A stretch of 63,893 nucleotides of DNA, counting the filler, from Choristocarpus tenellus KU-1152 (taxonomy: Eukaryota > Protista > Phaeophyceae): NCBI GenBank assembly GCA_964200185.2. It is 11 parts of 11 records of this genome, joined end to end, with 100 filler letters (N's around TTAATTAATTAA, not from the genome) between each part and the next. Parts side by side here need not be neighbours in the genome. Positions count along the whole stretch, not along the records: positions 19,400 to 23,502 come from CAXNAD020016195.1; positions 23,603 to 30,207 come from CAXNAD020007768.1; positions 30,308 to 40,350 come from CAXNAD020003184.1; 8 more parts are not named here. The stretch is one strand, 5' to 3'. The notes under the pieces are model-generated. The model made no database searches. It was not told the origin of the DNA and was given only the letters and a program-made list of their open reading frames with translations. Made by a program: the position numbers and the translations under genes. Shown here piece by piece: positions 23,493 to 37,221 of the stretch (its first letter is position 1; every line of letters starts with the position of its first letter).

Positions 23493-26400
23493 ATCTACTT
23501 CTNNNNNNNNNNNNNNNNNNNNNNNNNNNNNNNNNNNNNNNNNNNNTTAATTAATTAANNNNNNNNNNNNNNNNNNNNNNNNNNNNNNNNNNNNNNNNNN
23601 NNGGGGGTGTGGGTGTTGGGCAAAGAGGTCTGTATGTTAACAGAGCTACTTTTGAAGGTGTTAAAAGTGGCGTTTGTGTAGGAAGGAGATGAAGAAGGTT
23701 GGCAATATTGAGCTAGATTTGAGGATTTTCTGAGTGGAAGTTGTGTGCCAGAGGTGGTCTCTGGTAGTAGGGTAACACCTTGATGTTGAGATGGAGGGCT
23801 CTTGGGCCGAGTGGGTGGAGATGGAAGTAGATCCACTGAGTTTTTTCCTTCTTGGGACTGGTGATGAAGGGTGAAGCAGGATTGGACTTCTTACTGGCAC
23901 GGTGGTTTTTATTTAAAAAAATATGATGTGCTGGTCGCACTCATTGCGGTCTTGTGTCATGTTATTGAGGGGTGCAAGGCTTCTTGTGCAGTTGTGGGAA
24001 GGGCATCAAATTGGCTGTATGGGGAATGAACTATATGTGGTGAATTTCAAGCATTTGTCTTGTGTCTTTCTGGGGATGGTGTTGGCGTCCCCCCTTGAGT
24101 GAAAGAAAAATAAATTGGCAGTTACAGGGACTCTTCATTCTAGTGGTTATTTTGGGGGTTCTCTCCTGCTCCTGGTGTGGTATGTGATTGGTTAATTAAT
24201 TGTGTCGACGGCGATTGAAATGTTGTCGTTTTCACCCAATAATGGTGGTGGCATGAATGATTGAACAAATCCTGCATTCGTTTTGCAAGAATGGAATGTG
24301 GTCATGTTGTATTGGTTTGGATCAGTGTGTGGCTAGGTGGAGAAAGGGGCAGCGATCGTTTTTTTTGCAGGGAAGAAGAGAAATGGGCCATAGAGATTGC
24401 TCGGGTGGAATTTGGGGGTGTGATCAAGTGCGTCTGGTGTTGGTGTGCTAGTTATGGCCTGGTTGATCAAGAGCATTTATTTTTTACTTTTTACATGTTT
24501 CGGTTTGAGTGATTAGGGAGGCTGTGAATTGGGATGGAAGGCAGTGTAGTAGTTGTGCATTGATGGGCCGTGTAGTGCAGTGTTTGGTTAAGGAGGGGGG
24601 GTGGAAGGGGACTGCTCCTTGGTCACTCAGTTGGTAACTGAGAAGGGGAGAAGGATTATCATGGCTTGAATGTCTTACTGAGTTTTTGCAGGAATGAGGT
24701 CGTCTGCACAAATGGGAGTACACATCAAATGGTGTAAAAGATGAGGGAGTGTGGAAACATGATTAGAAGAGGCTTGGGAGGTATTGTAACCGGACTGATT
24801 GGTCTGTCTTGACACAGAGGTTGGAAAGGAGGTGAGGGAAGAGGACAAAGGGAGGAGAAGGAGACATTTGTTGGGGAGGTTCGGCTTGAGGGTTGGGTGT
24901 TAAATTCATATTACACAACAGTCAGGGTTTGTAGTAGTGGTAGGGTTATTAAATAGTACCAGTAGCTTGCTCTTGTTTTGGTTGGGAAGAGGAAAGAAAG
25001 ACCGTCTTGCATGTGCTGTTGCCGTTTTTCAATCCCTAACTCCAGTCAACCACCCGCCCATATCGGATGATGGTGTGAACCATGGATAGATTGGACGGTT
25101 ATGGGTTTGCCTTTCTTTGCGATATGTTGTTTGCTTGTTTTTCCTTCCTGCTTATTGTGTGATAAAGTTGATGTTTTTGGCATGTATTGTGCCATCCATC
25201 TGGGTGCTTTTTATCAGTAGCAGTCACCAGTTGGAGTATATGTTTGTTTCGTGAGCTTTATTTGCTTTCTGCTTGGTGTCACTTTTGAACTTTTGGCCAC
25301 AAGGCTGCACAATAGACAGCTGAGAACACTTGGCCATGACATAATGGTGTATAATATACTCACCATAAAGGAAAGGACTACTCCTGGCTATGTTGGCTTA
25401 TTGATGGAGTATACGCTGTAAGAGCAAGCAAATGAGTGACCGTAGTCTGATGATTGCCTAGTTAACAAGGTTGTTTTGCATCCAGTAACCATAATAATAA
25501 ACTCTTCATATGGTGTAGTAGCCATTTCCACCCAATTGTTTTTTCACCTATCAATATCACTATGCATAGTATCATAAATGCTGATAAAACAGTTCATTTC
25601 TGCCTGGTAGTAGTAGGTAGGTTATTCCTGTTGGTGGTGGTGTGAATTTGGGAAAGCCTAGCAATTTGTTACTGTAATGTATGTGTGGAATGATAGGTGT
25701 AGTAATACCTAGACCATTCAAAACATGCTGCCTACATTACAAAAATATTAAATCGAAGCATGTGGCGATTACTGGTTCAATTCTTGGTGCATACTTTTTT
25801 TTAAGACTGGATGAAACATTGAATCTTTTTTACTTCAGGGTCGCTCATTGAAACCCAAAGTTAGGTTTCCTAGGAAGAATTTTTTTGGTTGTTCAGTTAG
25901 TTGTGTGCGATTTTTAAAAAGTTGAATTTTCTCATGGTGCATGGAGTAGCTTGTACCTGAAGGGGACCTTGCCGAAATTAGTCCCAATCTGGTGACGGGT
26001 TGTGAGTGTGTATGAGCTCTGTTGTTAGCGTTACAAGGCGAGTATCTACCTTGATCAGAGCGATACCTAGTGTTTTTGTCATATCCCTGTATGTTGTGTG
26101 GTGAGTATGAATGGCGGTGGTTTATGTATGTATGTCCTGATCGTAGTCACAGTAGTATTACTAATAACTATTTGGCGTGGATTGTAAGGAGACCTCTCTC
26201 TTAGGTAGATGAAGGAAAACGTACGAGTAAGTGATGAATGCTGTGCATGTAATTGTTAATGCGTATTATAGTATTATGTATTGGATATGTGGTTGGTGTG
26301 TGCGTCATTATCACGATCCACACTGGGGACCACCCTACTAATAATGAAGTATATAGATTTAATCACTTCTCTCTCTGAATGAATGAAAACGGCTGAAGAG

Positions 26401-27787
26401 TAAGCTGTAAATTGTGATAACGATGATCATAATCATCATAATTGTCATAGCCATCTTCTAACTAAGTTTTACCTTAAAGGTGACCTATCTCAACAGGATG
26501 TACTTAGGTCTGTTGTTCATATGACATCTGCTTCTGCATGTTAAAGTTAACGCCTACTTCAAGTAAATATCGGGTGGTTTGACTGGACCTTGTAAACCCC
26601 CCTCATTCACTTTCTTCTGCTTGTTCATTATTCCCGGAGTGTTCTTCTGAGGGATTGTTCACCCTCCTGCTTCGACTCTCTCCATTCCCTTCCTCCTGTT
26701 GGTCTTCCCACTCCCCTTCAGTCTGAACAACATGTCGGCCTACTTCCATCTGTTTCACAGTAGCAACGACGGCAGGATCGTTCTGAAGTGGGAGAGTACT
26801 TCAACAGTACTTTGGGGGACACTCTTAGTAGATTACCCATACTTTGAGGACCACATTTACCCTATATATGTATGCCAAACCACTCTGACTGGCATATAGT
26901 TCGATCAAGGAGATGACACAAGATGTTCCATACAACAGAGAATAGCTTTCAGATTTTCATGCCAGGGTTTTATGGCGTAGGTTGTATTTCCTGAGCAGGT
27001 CATCCCAAAATGCTAACCCTAGTTGATTCATCTACATGCGCATCGGTGTAAGCCGTAATAAGTAACTCTCGAAGTCACAGTGTCACCGAGTCGTTGGAGG
27101 TCGTAGGTAAAGCACAGATAGGACGACGAACGAAATTTTTTGTTCAGTTCGAATTTCGTAGCTTGTGGATCGCAGGCGCGAGGTCGTCGGCGAACTCGAC
27201 CACTGTAGCTCCCCACTATCGCTTTTGTGGGGTGAGTCGATCTCAAAGACATAACGTACACACTGGCTACGATGATATTCGCTTCGCTACAATCAAGTCC
27301 CTACGTAGTTCCGTAAGTATTGTTGCCAGGAGGACGAAGATGGAAGTTTGTCAACCTATTTGCTAGTACGAGGTGCAAGCCTCTACACAACATACACAGT
27401 CAGATTATTGATGTTGCTGAGGGAATCACTCACCCAAACAAATATCGATAGGATCGAGATGGTTGTGTGCACATGTGTGTCGTGTGTACAAACCTAGCCA
27501 TAGTAGAGGGAGGCATATCTGTCGGCAAGAAGATAATATGTAGACGACGGGTATGATTGTCAACTAGCCAGAGTAGTGGCATTGTTGACTCGACCACCAG
27601 CAATCCCAGTAGGTTACAGAGAATGGGCAATAATAGGCGAAAATAAGATAGGGTCTGCTGTAGTCTTCTTGCTATGGGCACGCTAAGTGTTGGGTCTCCA
27701 ACCTGGGCAGTCACACTGGTCTGTAAATGTGGGCGAGAGTGCTATCGATAAACTCAAGTACACGAGAAGAGTGTTTATAAACGATCG

Positions 27788-27796
27788 TTTATATAA
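27788..27796 (+). promoter_or_regulatory. TATA box of the U6 (Pol III type 3) promoter
   Basis: TTTATATAA about 22-30 nt upstream of the U6 start. Confidence 0.6.
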
Positions 27797-27816
27797 TGAT
27801 AATCTGATTCGATGTC

Positions 27817-27843
27817 GGAATCAACTTCGGTTGATCATCCGTA

Positions 27844-27874
<31 letters not shown>

Positions 27875-27930
27875 GGCCCCAGCGCATGGATGACACGCAT
27901 AAATCGAGAGGTGTATCGAAACGTTTTTTT
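27817..27930 (+). ncRNA. U6: U6 spliceosomal snRNA
   Basis: 5' hairpin ATCAAC-TTCG-GTTGAT; AAAATTGGAACGATACAGAGAAGATTAGCATGGCCCC (ACAGAGA box and AGC triad); GGATGACACGCA; ends in a T7 Pol III terminator. Confidence 0.96.
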
Positions 27931-28406
27931 CAATTTCTAGCGAGGTAGGTGGAGTTGTAACAGAACAGTATGGTGTTCGCAGTCAGCTCTAGGACTGAAT
28001 TTGACCTGCTCTAACTTTTGATAGAGCGGAGCTTTTCGTCGAAATAAACCTTGATGTGACCCTTGAATCACTCCTAACATTATTAGATAAGTTGGAGTTG
28101 GTTGTGGTGCGATGGGTGAGAGGGCGATTTTCCTCACTAAATTCAAGTTACTTAGACATCCGTCCGTCCGTCGTACAGCATATGGCGTGGAGGACTATTT
28201 GTCCTCTCCCAGGACGGATTTTTTCACGGGAGAAGAAGAGTTGTGATCCTCCATGTCTCATCTGTCTGTGTGTAACCCTAAATTCTTCATTGTTATTGTA
28301 GCTCCACTATTATGGCTAAAAGTTAATCAGACAGCAGCCAGCTAGCCAGCCCTCATCATCAGAGCTTGGCCAAGAATACATGCTCTCCGTCGTAGTCGCG
28401 ATCCCT

Positions 28407-28589
28407 GACTCAAAGTATCTGGGGGGGGGGTGGCGACTGTCCAATTGGGGCCAATTTCTTCATGTATGTCGCGATTTTTGGGTGATATGGTTGCATTCAT
28501 CGGATGCATAATGTAAGTACACTTTTCCTGATTATGGACCAAATGGACATCCTGTTGTAGACCCCCCCCCCCCCAAGATACTTTGGTTT
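28407..28589. mobile_element. MITE type A
   Basis: GACTCAAAGTATCTG(n)...C(n)AAGATACTTTGGTTT. Confidence 0.9.
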
Positions 28590-28885
28590 CTTGTTCCGCA
28601 GTGATTGACTGGTCCACTCAATCAAGCGCGGTTCCCCCTCTTGACACACCGCAATTACCAACGCGTACGCTCTGCCCAACCTCAGCCTTCAACTTCCGTG
28701 AAACTTGAAGCCTTGAGGTAGAGACTGCACCACGATATCCAGCATGTCCTTCGACAGAGGGGCTTCCACCGCCATTGTGCCGAGTTCTGTGTGTGCAATC
28801 TACGTTGCAGTGGGCTGCGTGCGAAGGTCAAGCTCCGAAACCCTCGCACAGTATATTGTTAACAGTCACCTTTATGATAGCATCA

Positions 28886-29201
28886 CAGGTCTTGATAAAT
28901 TTCGAGGTGATGCAAGGCATCCTGATCAGTGATCAGCACATCAAATTAAAGCTGAGATTATAAGCAGTCAATTGGCGTAAAGAAATCCAGTCGCTGAAAA
29001 AAATCTTGATATGATTTTCAGCGATTTACATTTTTTTGGCGATTCAACTGAACCTTTCCGCATTTACTAACTCAACACAAAGTAATTTGCCACCGGATTC
29101 CTTTGCCCCAATCGACAGCATTTATTTGATCCCAGCTTTAGTTTGATGTCCCGATCACCGATCAGTACGCCTTGCATCACCTCGAAATTTATCAAGGCAG
29201 G
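28886..29201. mobile_element. Fold-back MITE with about 110-bp imperfect TIRs, unrelated to types A-C, possibly Tc1/mariner-derived
   Basis: CTTGATAAATTTCGAGGTGATGCAAGGC.. is mirrored by ..GCCTTGCATCACCTCGAAATTTATCAAG; TA at the right flank. Confidence 0.8.
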
Positions 29202-30183
29202 TAATATTCTAGAGATGACTGCCAACACCATACTGTAGATCTTCAAAAAAGCAAAAATATGCATTTCATTGTACTATATGCTACTTAAATTGTGGTCAGA
29301 GGTTGTAAGCTAGGAAAAGGGGGGGGAAATGGAAGGAACGTGGCTGGGGAGGGAAGAAAGAAAAAATGTCAATGCACTCCTTTTCAGCCTGTTCTTCTGA
29401 TCACCAGTGTCTATGGAATATGATGATGTGTTCTCCGTGAAATGTAGGACCTGCTTGACCTTTGAACAGTTGCAATCAATTTAACACATCTTTGTCTTGA
29501 TGCGAAACCAGGAAGCAGGTCATCCATTACCGACCATAATAGTGAGGTTACCTAAACCAGCAGAAGAAGTGGTTGTCCAGAGCCCCAATTCCACCAAAGC
29601 ACATATCATCAGCGACAATATGACTTCACCCTTGGTATCTTTATCCTCGACAACCATTGCAGGAGCGACAACAACACCGTCAGTGCCTCCATATAGGATG
29701 ACTTGACTCAGGAGGGATTAGGTGTTATAGCACGCTCCAAAGCTTACCTTCATGGGATGTACAACTCCAGTCCACACAGGCCTATACGTGACACTGATGC
29801 CTGTTTAGGACTCCTGAGGTACGCCAACAGTTAAATGTCCAGCGAGGATGGTGAATATTAGGTCAGCAGATGAAGGTATACTCTTAGTCAATGGGAATTT
29901 ACAAAATAATAGAGAAAGAGTTAACAGATGGGTATTTGTCATCCATTAATCGATTTGGAATTTCAAACGCCCGAACACATCTGAAAGTCGTTGCTTCATT
30001 CTAAGCCACAGATCTTACTCTACAACTTTACCAAATTGGACTTCCTCACTTTGGCGTTCCGCGCGCGTATTTACTGCTTGCACTAGTTAGAGCGCGAGAA
30101 GAAATACTTGCGCTATTCGCCTGTAACATAGGTGTTGCAAGCGTGGTCGAACGTAGGAAGTGGCAACTTTCACAGAAGACACA

Positions 30184-30207
30184 GGGTCAAAGTATCGGGC
30201 GGGGGGG
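30184..30207. mobile_element. TIR end (type A/C) at contig end
   Basis: GGGTCAAAGTATCGGGCG(n). Confidence 0.65.
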
Positions 30208-30512
30208 NNNNNNNNNNNNNNNNNNNNNNNNNNNNNNNNNNNNNNNNNNNNTTAATTAATTAANNNNNNNNNNNNNNNNNNNNNNNNNNNNNNNNNNNNN
30301 NNNNNNNGCATGCAAGGCCCCATAAAATCAGAAATATTTCCTTTCATATGAGAAATATTATCATTAAACTAATCACTAGTAAAAGGTTCTGATAAATCAA
30401 CCACTAATTGATTGTTCCGTTACTCCATACATATTTTAGCGTAATTGTCCGATAGAGTTGGAAGAGTCTAATCGAACAACTTTCTAGGTAGATATGTTTG
30501 GCAGCACCTTCC

Positions 30513-30767
30513 GAGTGAAAGAATCTTAGAGGGTACGAGTTTTTCCCTGTTTGTCCATTTGGGGCTTGGCTTCCCTTGGGGTTTTCATGACATTTTCCTC
30601 CAAAATATTTAGGAGTAAGTAAATATATATGTTATGAAAAGATGTATCCAGAACAAGGATATTGACCCTTCCTATCAAACACGATAGCCAAAATTATATC
30701 GAAATCGCAACATTGGATTTTGAGCCCCAAGTGGACGTGGCTCTACCCTCTTAAGACACTATGACTC
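30513..30767. mobile_element. MITE type B, 3-bp TSD TCC
   Basis: GAGTGAAAGAATCTTAGAGGGTA...TAAGACACTATGACTC; tcc on both flanks. Confidence 0.9.
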
Positions 30768-30787
30768 TCCCCTTACCCTTGTTCTTG

Positions 30788-31342
30788 TTATCGTGGTGCT
30801 TCAACGCCGTGCTGTAACTGGTTGGAGGACTCGAAGACTTGCGCTTTGTGGGGCTCAAGAGTAATTTCCATGCGCATTTCCTTTCGCTGGAGCCAAAATG
30901 GATCCACGATGCCGCAAATGCTATGAAGATTTCCGCTGCAAACGGGACACTTACGGCATGTATTGTGTGGCAGACCAGGAGTATTACCGTTTATGTTGCA
31001 GTTGGATCCCGCTGTGCAGGGCATCGTTTTATTTGTATAATGCATTCGTCTAACCCATGATCTGATATACTGTACGTACTATACTGTACAGTACCGAGAG
31101 ACAAGAGGCTGCTGTGTTTTGTACTGCTGGTCTCGAGCACCTTTGTACTTTTGTTATATTTTGCTTGAGAAACCCCTCGATCAAGTAGTGAATAAAATGC
31201 AAGTTTGCTCGATATAAGAGAGAATTGGTAGGAAACTCCGAAACCTCTCCTATAACCTGAAACGTTGTGACGAGGAATTTACCCTCTCTTATATTCAGTA
31301 TGCTCTTATATCGACCTCTCTTATATAAGTACACCGACTGTA
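30788..31342 (-). mobile_element. 5' end of a pogo/Tc1-mariner-like DNA transposon with a Cys/His-rich N-terminal ORF fragment
   Basis: TA-CAGTCGGTGTACTTATATAAGAGAGGTCGATATAAGAG terminus with repeated ATATAAGAG motifs; ORF CTAGSNC..PHNTCRKCPVCSGNLHSICG. Confidence 0.55.
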
Positions 31343-32278
31343 CTATTTTTCAAGGAGGGAGTGTGTATTGCCATATTCTGTAATTCTGACTACCTTCAGA
31401 CGAAGGGTCCGGGACATCAAATAAATAATGTATTGAAAAAAAAATCTAGTGTTGTTTCACTCCTTTGATTCTAGAACACACCTTTTTCACCTTTCACCTC
31501 TATGTGCCCAGTCAAAACCTTCAAATGCATTAAATTCTGACGGTCCTGGATAGATATCCCTATCATACTTCGAACCATAACAACAGTGTGATTCGTTGTT
31601 GGTCCCGTTCTGTCATCTTCAGACCATGAAATCATATGTCTTGAACCACAGAAACAGCGACGCTTAACATATATATATATACAAGTGAATGTGACATGGG
31701 TCAGAAGAAGAACTATCCTTAATCCAATATTTGCAATGTGTATGAGAATTACTTGCTGTGATCGTTAGCAGTAACAAAGTTGTCCTAAATTTTGAAGGAA
31801 TATATTATGATAAATTATGTATGTGGAATAATAATTTATAAATTTAGAACAAAGACACACTTTCAATGAATAACAATTAAAAATTGACGTCGAGAACAAA
31901 GCCCTACAATACATCTATATATACGATACTCATCAGTAGGGTTCTGTAATCTCCAATCTGTTATCTTTCTTCTTTATTGAAAGATTTTGGGGGGGATTGT
32001 AGAATTATAGAGGGTGGAGACAGTTGTGGAACTCTCTGACTATATACAGATATATATGGATATATATATTTTTGAGGGAATATGTCAATAGATAATGATT
32101 CTAGTTGGAAAAGAGAAATATTGTGTTCACCAATCGATGCACTGGATCTATCCTATAGTAACAGAGAAATCACAATGAATTACTCCACAACAACCAACCA
32201 CTGAAGGAGGTTCCAATTTCGTTATACGTAAACCACCACCCAACACTTCGAGAGAATTATTGAAGAAGTGCTCACACC

Positions 32279-35200
32279 ATGAGAACCACCACCGCACTGA
32301 TAGCGCTTCTTGCAGTATGTGTACCCTTTTCCAAGGCAGAAACAGTGCCTATTTTGGACTGCGATGACTTGGAAGAAGCAGCGCAGGCCACTGCAGATGA
32401 AGACACCACCGCTGATGTTCAGCCAGGGGTTGATCTTGAATGCGAGACCTGGACAACATTCACCGTGAGAAGTAATAAACTCACAGTCACAGCACCATCT
32501 ACTAGTTCTTTCGGCATGCGAGGTGTCCGTTTCTCAGTCGAGAGCGGTGCTAGACTCGAGTTCGACCACCCAAATGTCCAGTTCGATCCTCCGATCTTCC
32601 CTGACGATGAAGATGAGCCTGCCTTGGTGAGTTGTTTCTTGGTTGATGAGCAGACTTGGTGCTTCTTCCCCAAGCAACTGCCGTATCTTGTGTGTAGTAC
32701 GAGTAGAATTTTTTAACGAGTGCATGCAGAACCGATTCTTAAAGAGAGCTCTTCTTATACTCACTCATGTTATCCACACGTCCTCCCGAATCACTAGGAG
32801 GTGGATGGCGGTATTCTAAATGTCGCCGAGGGTGGAAAGGTGAAGTTCTCGGGAGGTGTCAGCATGACCGATATCATCATCAGAAGTGTGACTGACCCGG
32901 GTTCCGACTTTACCAATGACCAATGGAACGGAGGTTGTATGTTCAATAAGGTGAGGGGTGTCCACAAAATGTATTTGTGGCCTGTCCTCTGTCCTTGTGC
33001 CATGGGATCCGGATCTTTTGAGATTCAGTGTGATCAACTACATTAATAATCAAGGATCCAAACATTGTTTTATATCCACACATCCCTACTACTCTAGTGA
33101 TAAATAGGAGCGCTCAACATATGTGGTACTGGTGCAACACTTTCAGTTTGTTAGTGTGGTACAGATAGGTATAATAGTTGGTCGAGTGTGTGAATTTACT
33201 CGAGTTTGGGGCGCAACTTTGCATTGTTGCGAATAAATTACAATTGGATGCAATCTTCCAAAATTATGTTGCATGTGCAATAAAATACCGTATTACTCCC
33301 TCGTACAATGGTTACTGTTGACACATAAATACTCACAATACAAATACAACAGGGAGACATATACTTCGGTGGCTTCACTGATCTGGAGGGTTGTGATAGT
33401 CGCGGTGGGGGGGAAAGCAACCCTGGACAGGGAGGGGCTGTTTGGAACGGAGAGTCGGGAAAGATTCGATTTGCAGGAGACCTTTCAATCCAGGGATCTA
33501 GCATCACGGTGAGCAAGTTAGACGACAGAACTCCTTCAAATGATAAGAGATGGGTATTTCAGACCTTGCTTCTGTGTTGTCAAAATCCATAATGAGGGTG
33601 TCCTTCATGTGAGCAAAGTGCAATGGCCATAACTTCAGAAGGTGAGGACTGACCATCAAAAGTGCCCCTAATACTGCAACATTATATTGTCACCAAAGGT
33701 CTGTAATTTGCATTAATATTGAAAGTCCAAAAGGCTGGTTCCAATGACTGCATGAATTCTCCACTCCATATTTTTTTGTGGTACTCTGCAATAGGATGAT
33801 GAGGGCAACAATGGCGGTGCAATCTACAACCTTGGCATGATCGTTGTTGAGGGAGAAGCTGTTTTTGAAGACAACGCAGCAGCGGTGAGTGAGCTATATC
33901 CCAATCCTATAGTGATACACTGGGAGTATTTCGTGCACCTATACGGTCACAGTTGCACAATAAAGCACAAAAGTTGTTAACTTCAAAGATACAGAGTTTT
34001 GAATCTCTTTTAAGGTCGAATTTATCATCACTTATGTATTCCTATCTGCTTAGCGCACTCACCAGACTGACAACACAACCTACTATATATTCCTTCTCTT
34101 TTCTTTTCCTTACCCTTATGATAACTATCCTAGGATTATAATTTGTCTGCACAATCAAGTTGGGGGGGTGATAGTATTGCGTAGTCCTATATGTACCCTA
34201 GAAAGGGTTGTGCATAGTATTAAATTCTTTTTTTAGGAGAGAATTTCCATATGAAACACTATCCAGTCAAAGGAACCAGTAATAATAGTGTCCTTTGGCA
34301 CTGATTGTTGACATGTTCAAATATTCTAATTTACATTCTCAAACCACTTGACTTTTGTCCCCTTAACCTCTCCTTTACGTGCACATATTTCTCCATGTTG
34401 CAGAGTGGCGGTGCTATTTACAATGGAGAAGATGGGATGATCGACTTCAGGGAGGAATCCGTTGTGTCTTTCATCAATAACAGGGTTGATGATGTGAGCC
34501 CTTTGTGTGCATCTCACCAAGGAAGGCCCTTTGACCTTCCTGTGTCCCATCACCCATGTAACAATCCCATTCAACTACTCTCGTGGAAGTAGACGTGTGT
34601 TTGAGCTACAAACGTATGCGCATGAACCTCACTAATTATTTAATGCCTCTTTTTTCTCCTCTAAAACCTACATCTTTGGTCACTGGTCAATATTGCACAG
34701 GGGGCGGGTGGGGCAATCCTAAACTTGGGTAAAATGATGTTCTCGGGTCCTTCCCTATTCTATGCCAATGATGCTTCTTTCCTGGGTGGTGCCATTGCCA
34801 ATCTTGGCGAGGGTAGGATGAGGTGAGTTGAGTGTGTGCAGTGTTCTTACGGTGTATACATACTAGCTACAGAGAAAAGCGAAAGTATCTTAAAGAGGGT
34901 AGGAGTTTTTCCCTGTTTGTCCATTTGGGGCATGGCTTCCCACGGGTTCTTCATGACATTTTACCTACTCCGAAACATTTTGGAGTAGGAAAAATGTGTA
35001 TGTTATGAAAAGATATGTCCGGAACAAGGATATTGACACTTCCTAGCTAGCCAAAATTACATCAAAATCGCAACATTGAATTTTGGCCCCCAAACTAAGG
35101 TACTTTGACTCAGAGGCAAGAGATATATTTTGATTTTGTGTTATCTTGAGCTACATCCATAACCAGTACGACTTCGGACAGATTCGTTCATTATTGGTCT

Positions 35201-36120
35201 AAATATTCCTGCCACAATAGCTCTCACGGATGTGTTTGATTGATAATTAGCTCCATTTAACATTTCCAAAATTTGTAGGGATAGTCTTGCTTTGCACACG
35301 AAATGAAGAAAACCTCTGTTTCCTGTCTGTCTGATATTGCCATGTCCTTCAATGTGGTCAGGCTGTCAAGTCCTGCCGTATTCTGGAGGAATACAGGTGC
35401 CTTACGTGCTCCTGCCGTCTTCAACTCAGAAGATGCACGTTTGGACATTCCAAAGACGGCTTCATTCGTTGGTCATGTGAGTAACTTGATGAAGGGGGAC
35501 AGTTTCTATCTACCCTTTGTTTTTCCCTGGTTTGTAAATACAGTCAATATGCTGAAAGTGTAGTAATTGATGTTGTTACAGTTTGTCCCTGCAACATTTT
35601 GAAGTTCTTGAGTCTTTCCATCTGAAGGTGGTACGTCATTAGTCACTGTGGAATTTTGTAGTGACAACATTACTCATTTTTTTCTTCGCCTGCATACTTC
35701 ATGTACTCTAGATGAAATATGCTGAGCTTCCTACTCTTCTGTTTTTAGTGTTGTTTGGTGTAAAGTCAGTATCACGCCTTGTATCTACACCCATTTTTGT
35801 CATACTACATAGTGCTATATACGTCTGAAGGCGTAGCACACAGTGACCCGGAGCATTCACAATCTCCTGCGCCACATTCGTAGTCTGCGTGAAGACTGCC
35901 TTAAAGTGGGCTTTTTTTTTTAGGGCACTACATTGGTAGGGTACCTCTGCAAGACCTTTTCGGTACTGTTAACTAAGTATAGCATGATCGCACTATCGCT
36001 TCATGTTTTGAGGCAGTTCTGCTCACTCTTCCTGCACACTCTTCTCACTCTCTCGTATAGGTGGAGTGCAACGGTGTCTTCTTTGAGGAGGGTGAAGGTG
36101 GAGAATGCAAAGAGTTTTGA
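32279..36120 (+). CDS. Secreted Pmp/adhesin-like beta-helix repeat protein, about 377 aa. Exons 32279-32626, 32798-32950, 33353-33508, 33795-33884, 34404-34493, 34701-34822, 35362-35476, 36061-36120
   Basis: Signal peptide MRTTTALIALLAVCVPFSKA; all introns GT-AG and phase-compatible; repeated GGA(I/V)xN and FxxN motifs; TGA at 36118. Confidence 0.85.
34877..35111. mobile_element. MITE type B in intron 6, with an internal deletion
   Basis: GCGAAAGTATCTTAAAGAGGGTA...GGTACTTTGACTC. Confidence 0.85.
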
Positions 36121-37221
36121 GTTTTGAGCAATGTGTCCCACTTAAGTATGGTGCCCGTTCTATTTGTCCAACCTCTTGTGGAAGGGTGCTAATTGTGCAG
36201 ATTCTTAGTTGTGAAGTAACGCTACACTTTTGCTGAAGTTGTCTAATAGAGTTGTAGGTGTACTAAATGTGCTAAATTGTGAACATGATATCGTTGTACC
36301 ATCAAGGCAGAGAATCGAAAAAATTGAATCCTCCTGGAGAAGGGTTTTGATGGTGATGGACCTGCAAATGGGTGAAAGCATGTTCTGACAGGGTATGCTG
36401 CTTTGTACTATGATAGGCTCCAGGTCTGTTTGCCCTTGTTCTGTTGCTAAAATGTGTGTTTTGCTTGGTATTATTTGTAGCAGTAAAAAGTACATTTTTT
36501 TGTAGTTCGTGTGTTGTCGTTCTAAACCTTTTAATGTTTTTGTCCTTTCCAGTACCAGTCCACGAGACCTGTGGAAATATTTTTATCCCACCTGGTCTAT
36601 TTCGAGCTAGATTTAGATATATCAATGTTGAAGCGTGATCCTACTGGGAAAGTTTGTCTCTTCTAAGCACCTCCAGTAGGTGGACACAGTATGACGTAGG
36701 GAGGTGATTTCTCCTCCTCCCAGTTCTGAGTGAGCAGGTCTGGTGCATTTCGTTTGTGGTGCCTTGGAGAGTATGCCTACGCACCAGTTAATGAAAAAAT
36801 TTCATTACGGGTGAACTTACAATTCATCATAAGAACAGTAATAAATGTCCCATTCACCACCTCAGTGTTAGCATTTCCACATCGTCCTGGTTCTTCTTGG
36901 TGTTATCTGCTATGAAGTCGTTTAAGTGTCATGTGGGCTAAATATGTTGGGAGTGGTTACACCGTCACCTTGTCTTTCACGTCTTGGATTAGTGGAAGGG
37001 TGTGCCCAAACCCCAAACATACAAAATAATAATAGTAGAAATTAGATGAGATTTCTGATCTCTATCCCTCGTTGACCCCAAACTTGATCAAACATATTCT
37101 ACATAATATGTATGACATAGATAAGGCTACAAATAGTTGTGAATTTGTGCTCACACATGCAGATGTTCTTCATCAAAACATTCATAGGACAAGAACTAAA
37201 TGACTCATTGCGAATTATTGA

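Noticed and set aside
23603-24900. Strand-biased region resembling a LINE or Penelope relic
   Set aside because: No recognisable RT or endonuclease motif could be read.
29380-30125. Minus-strand exon-like segments with splice signals
   Set aside because: Stops occur in the candidate frames and no product is recognisable.
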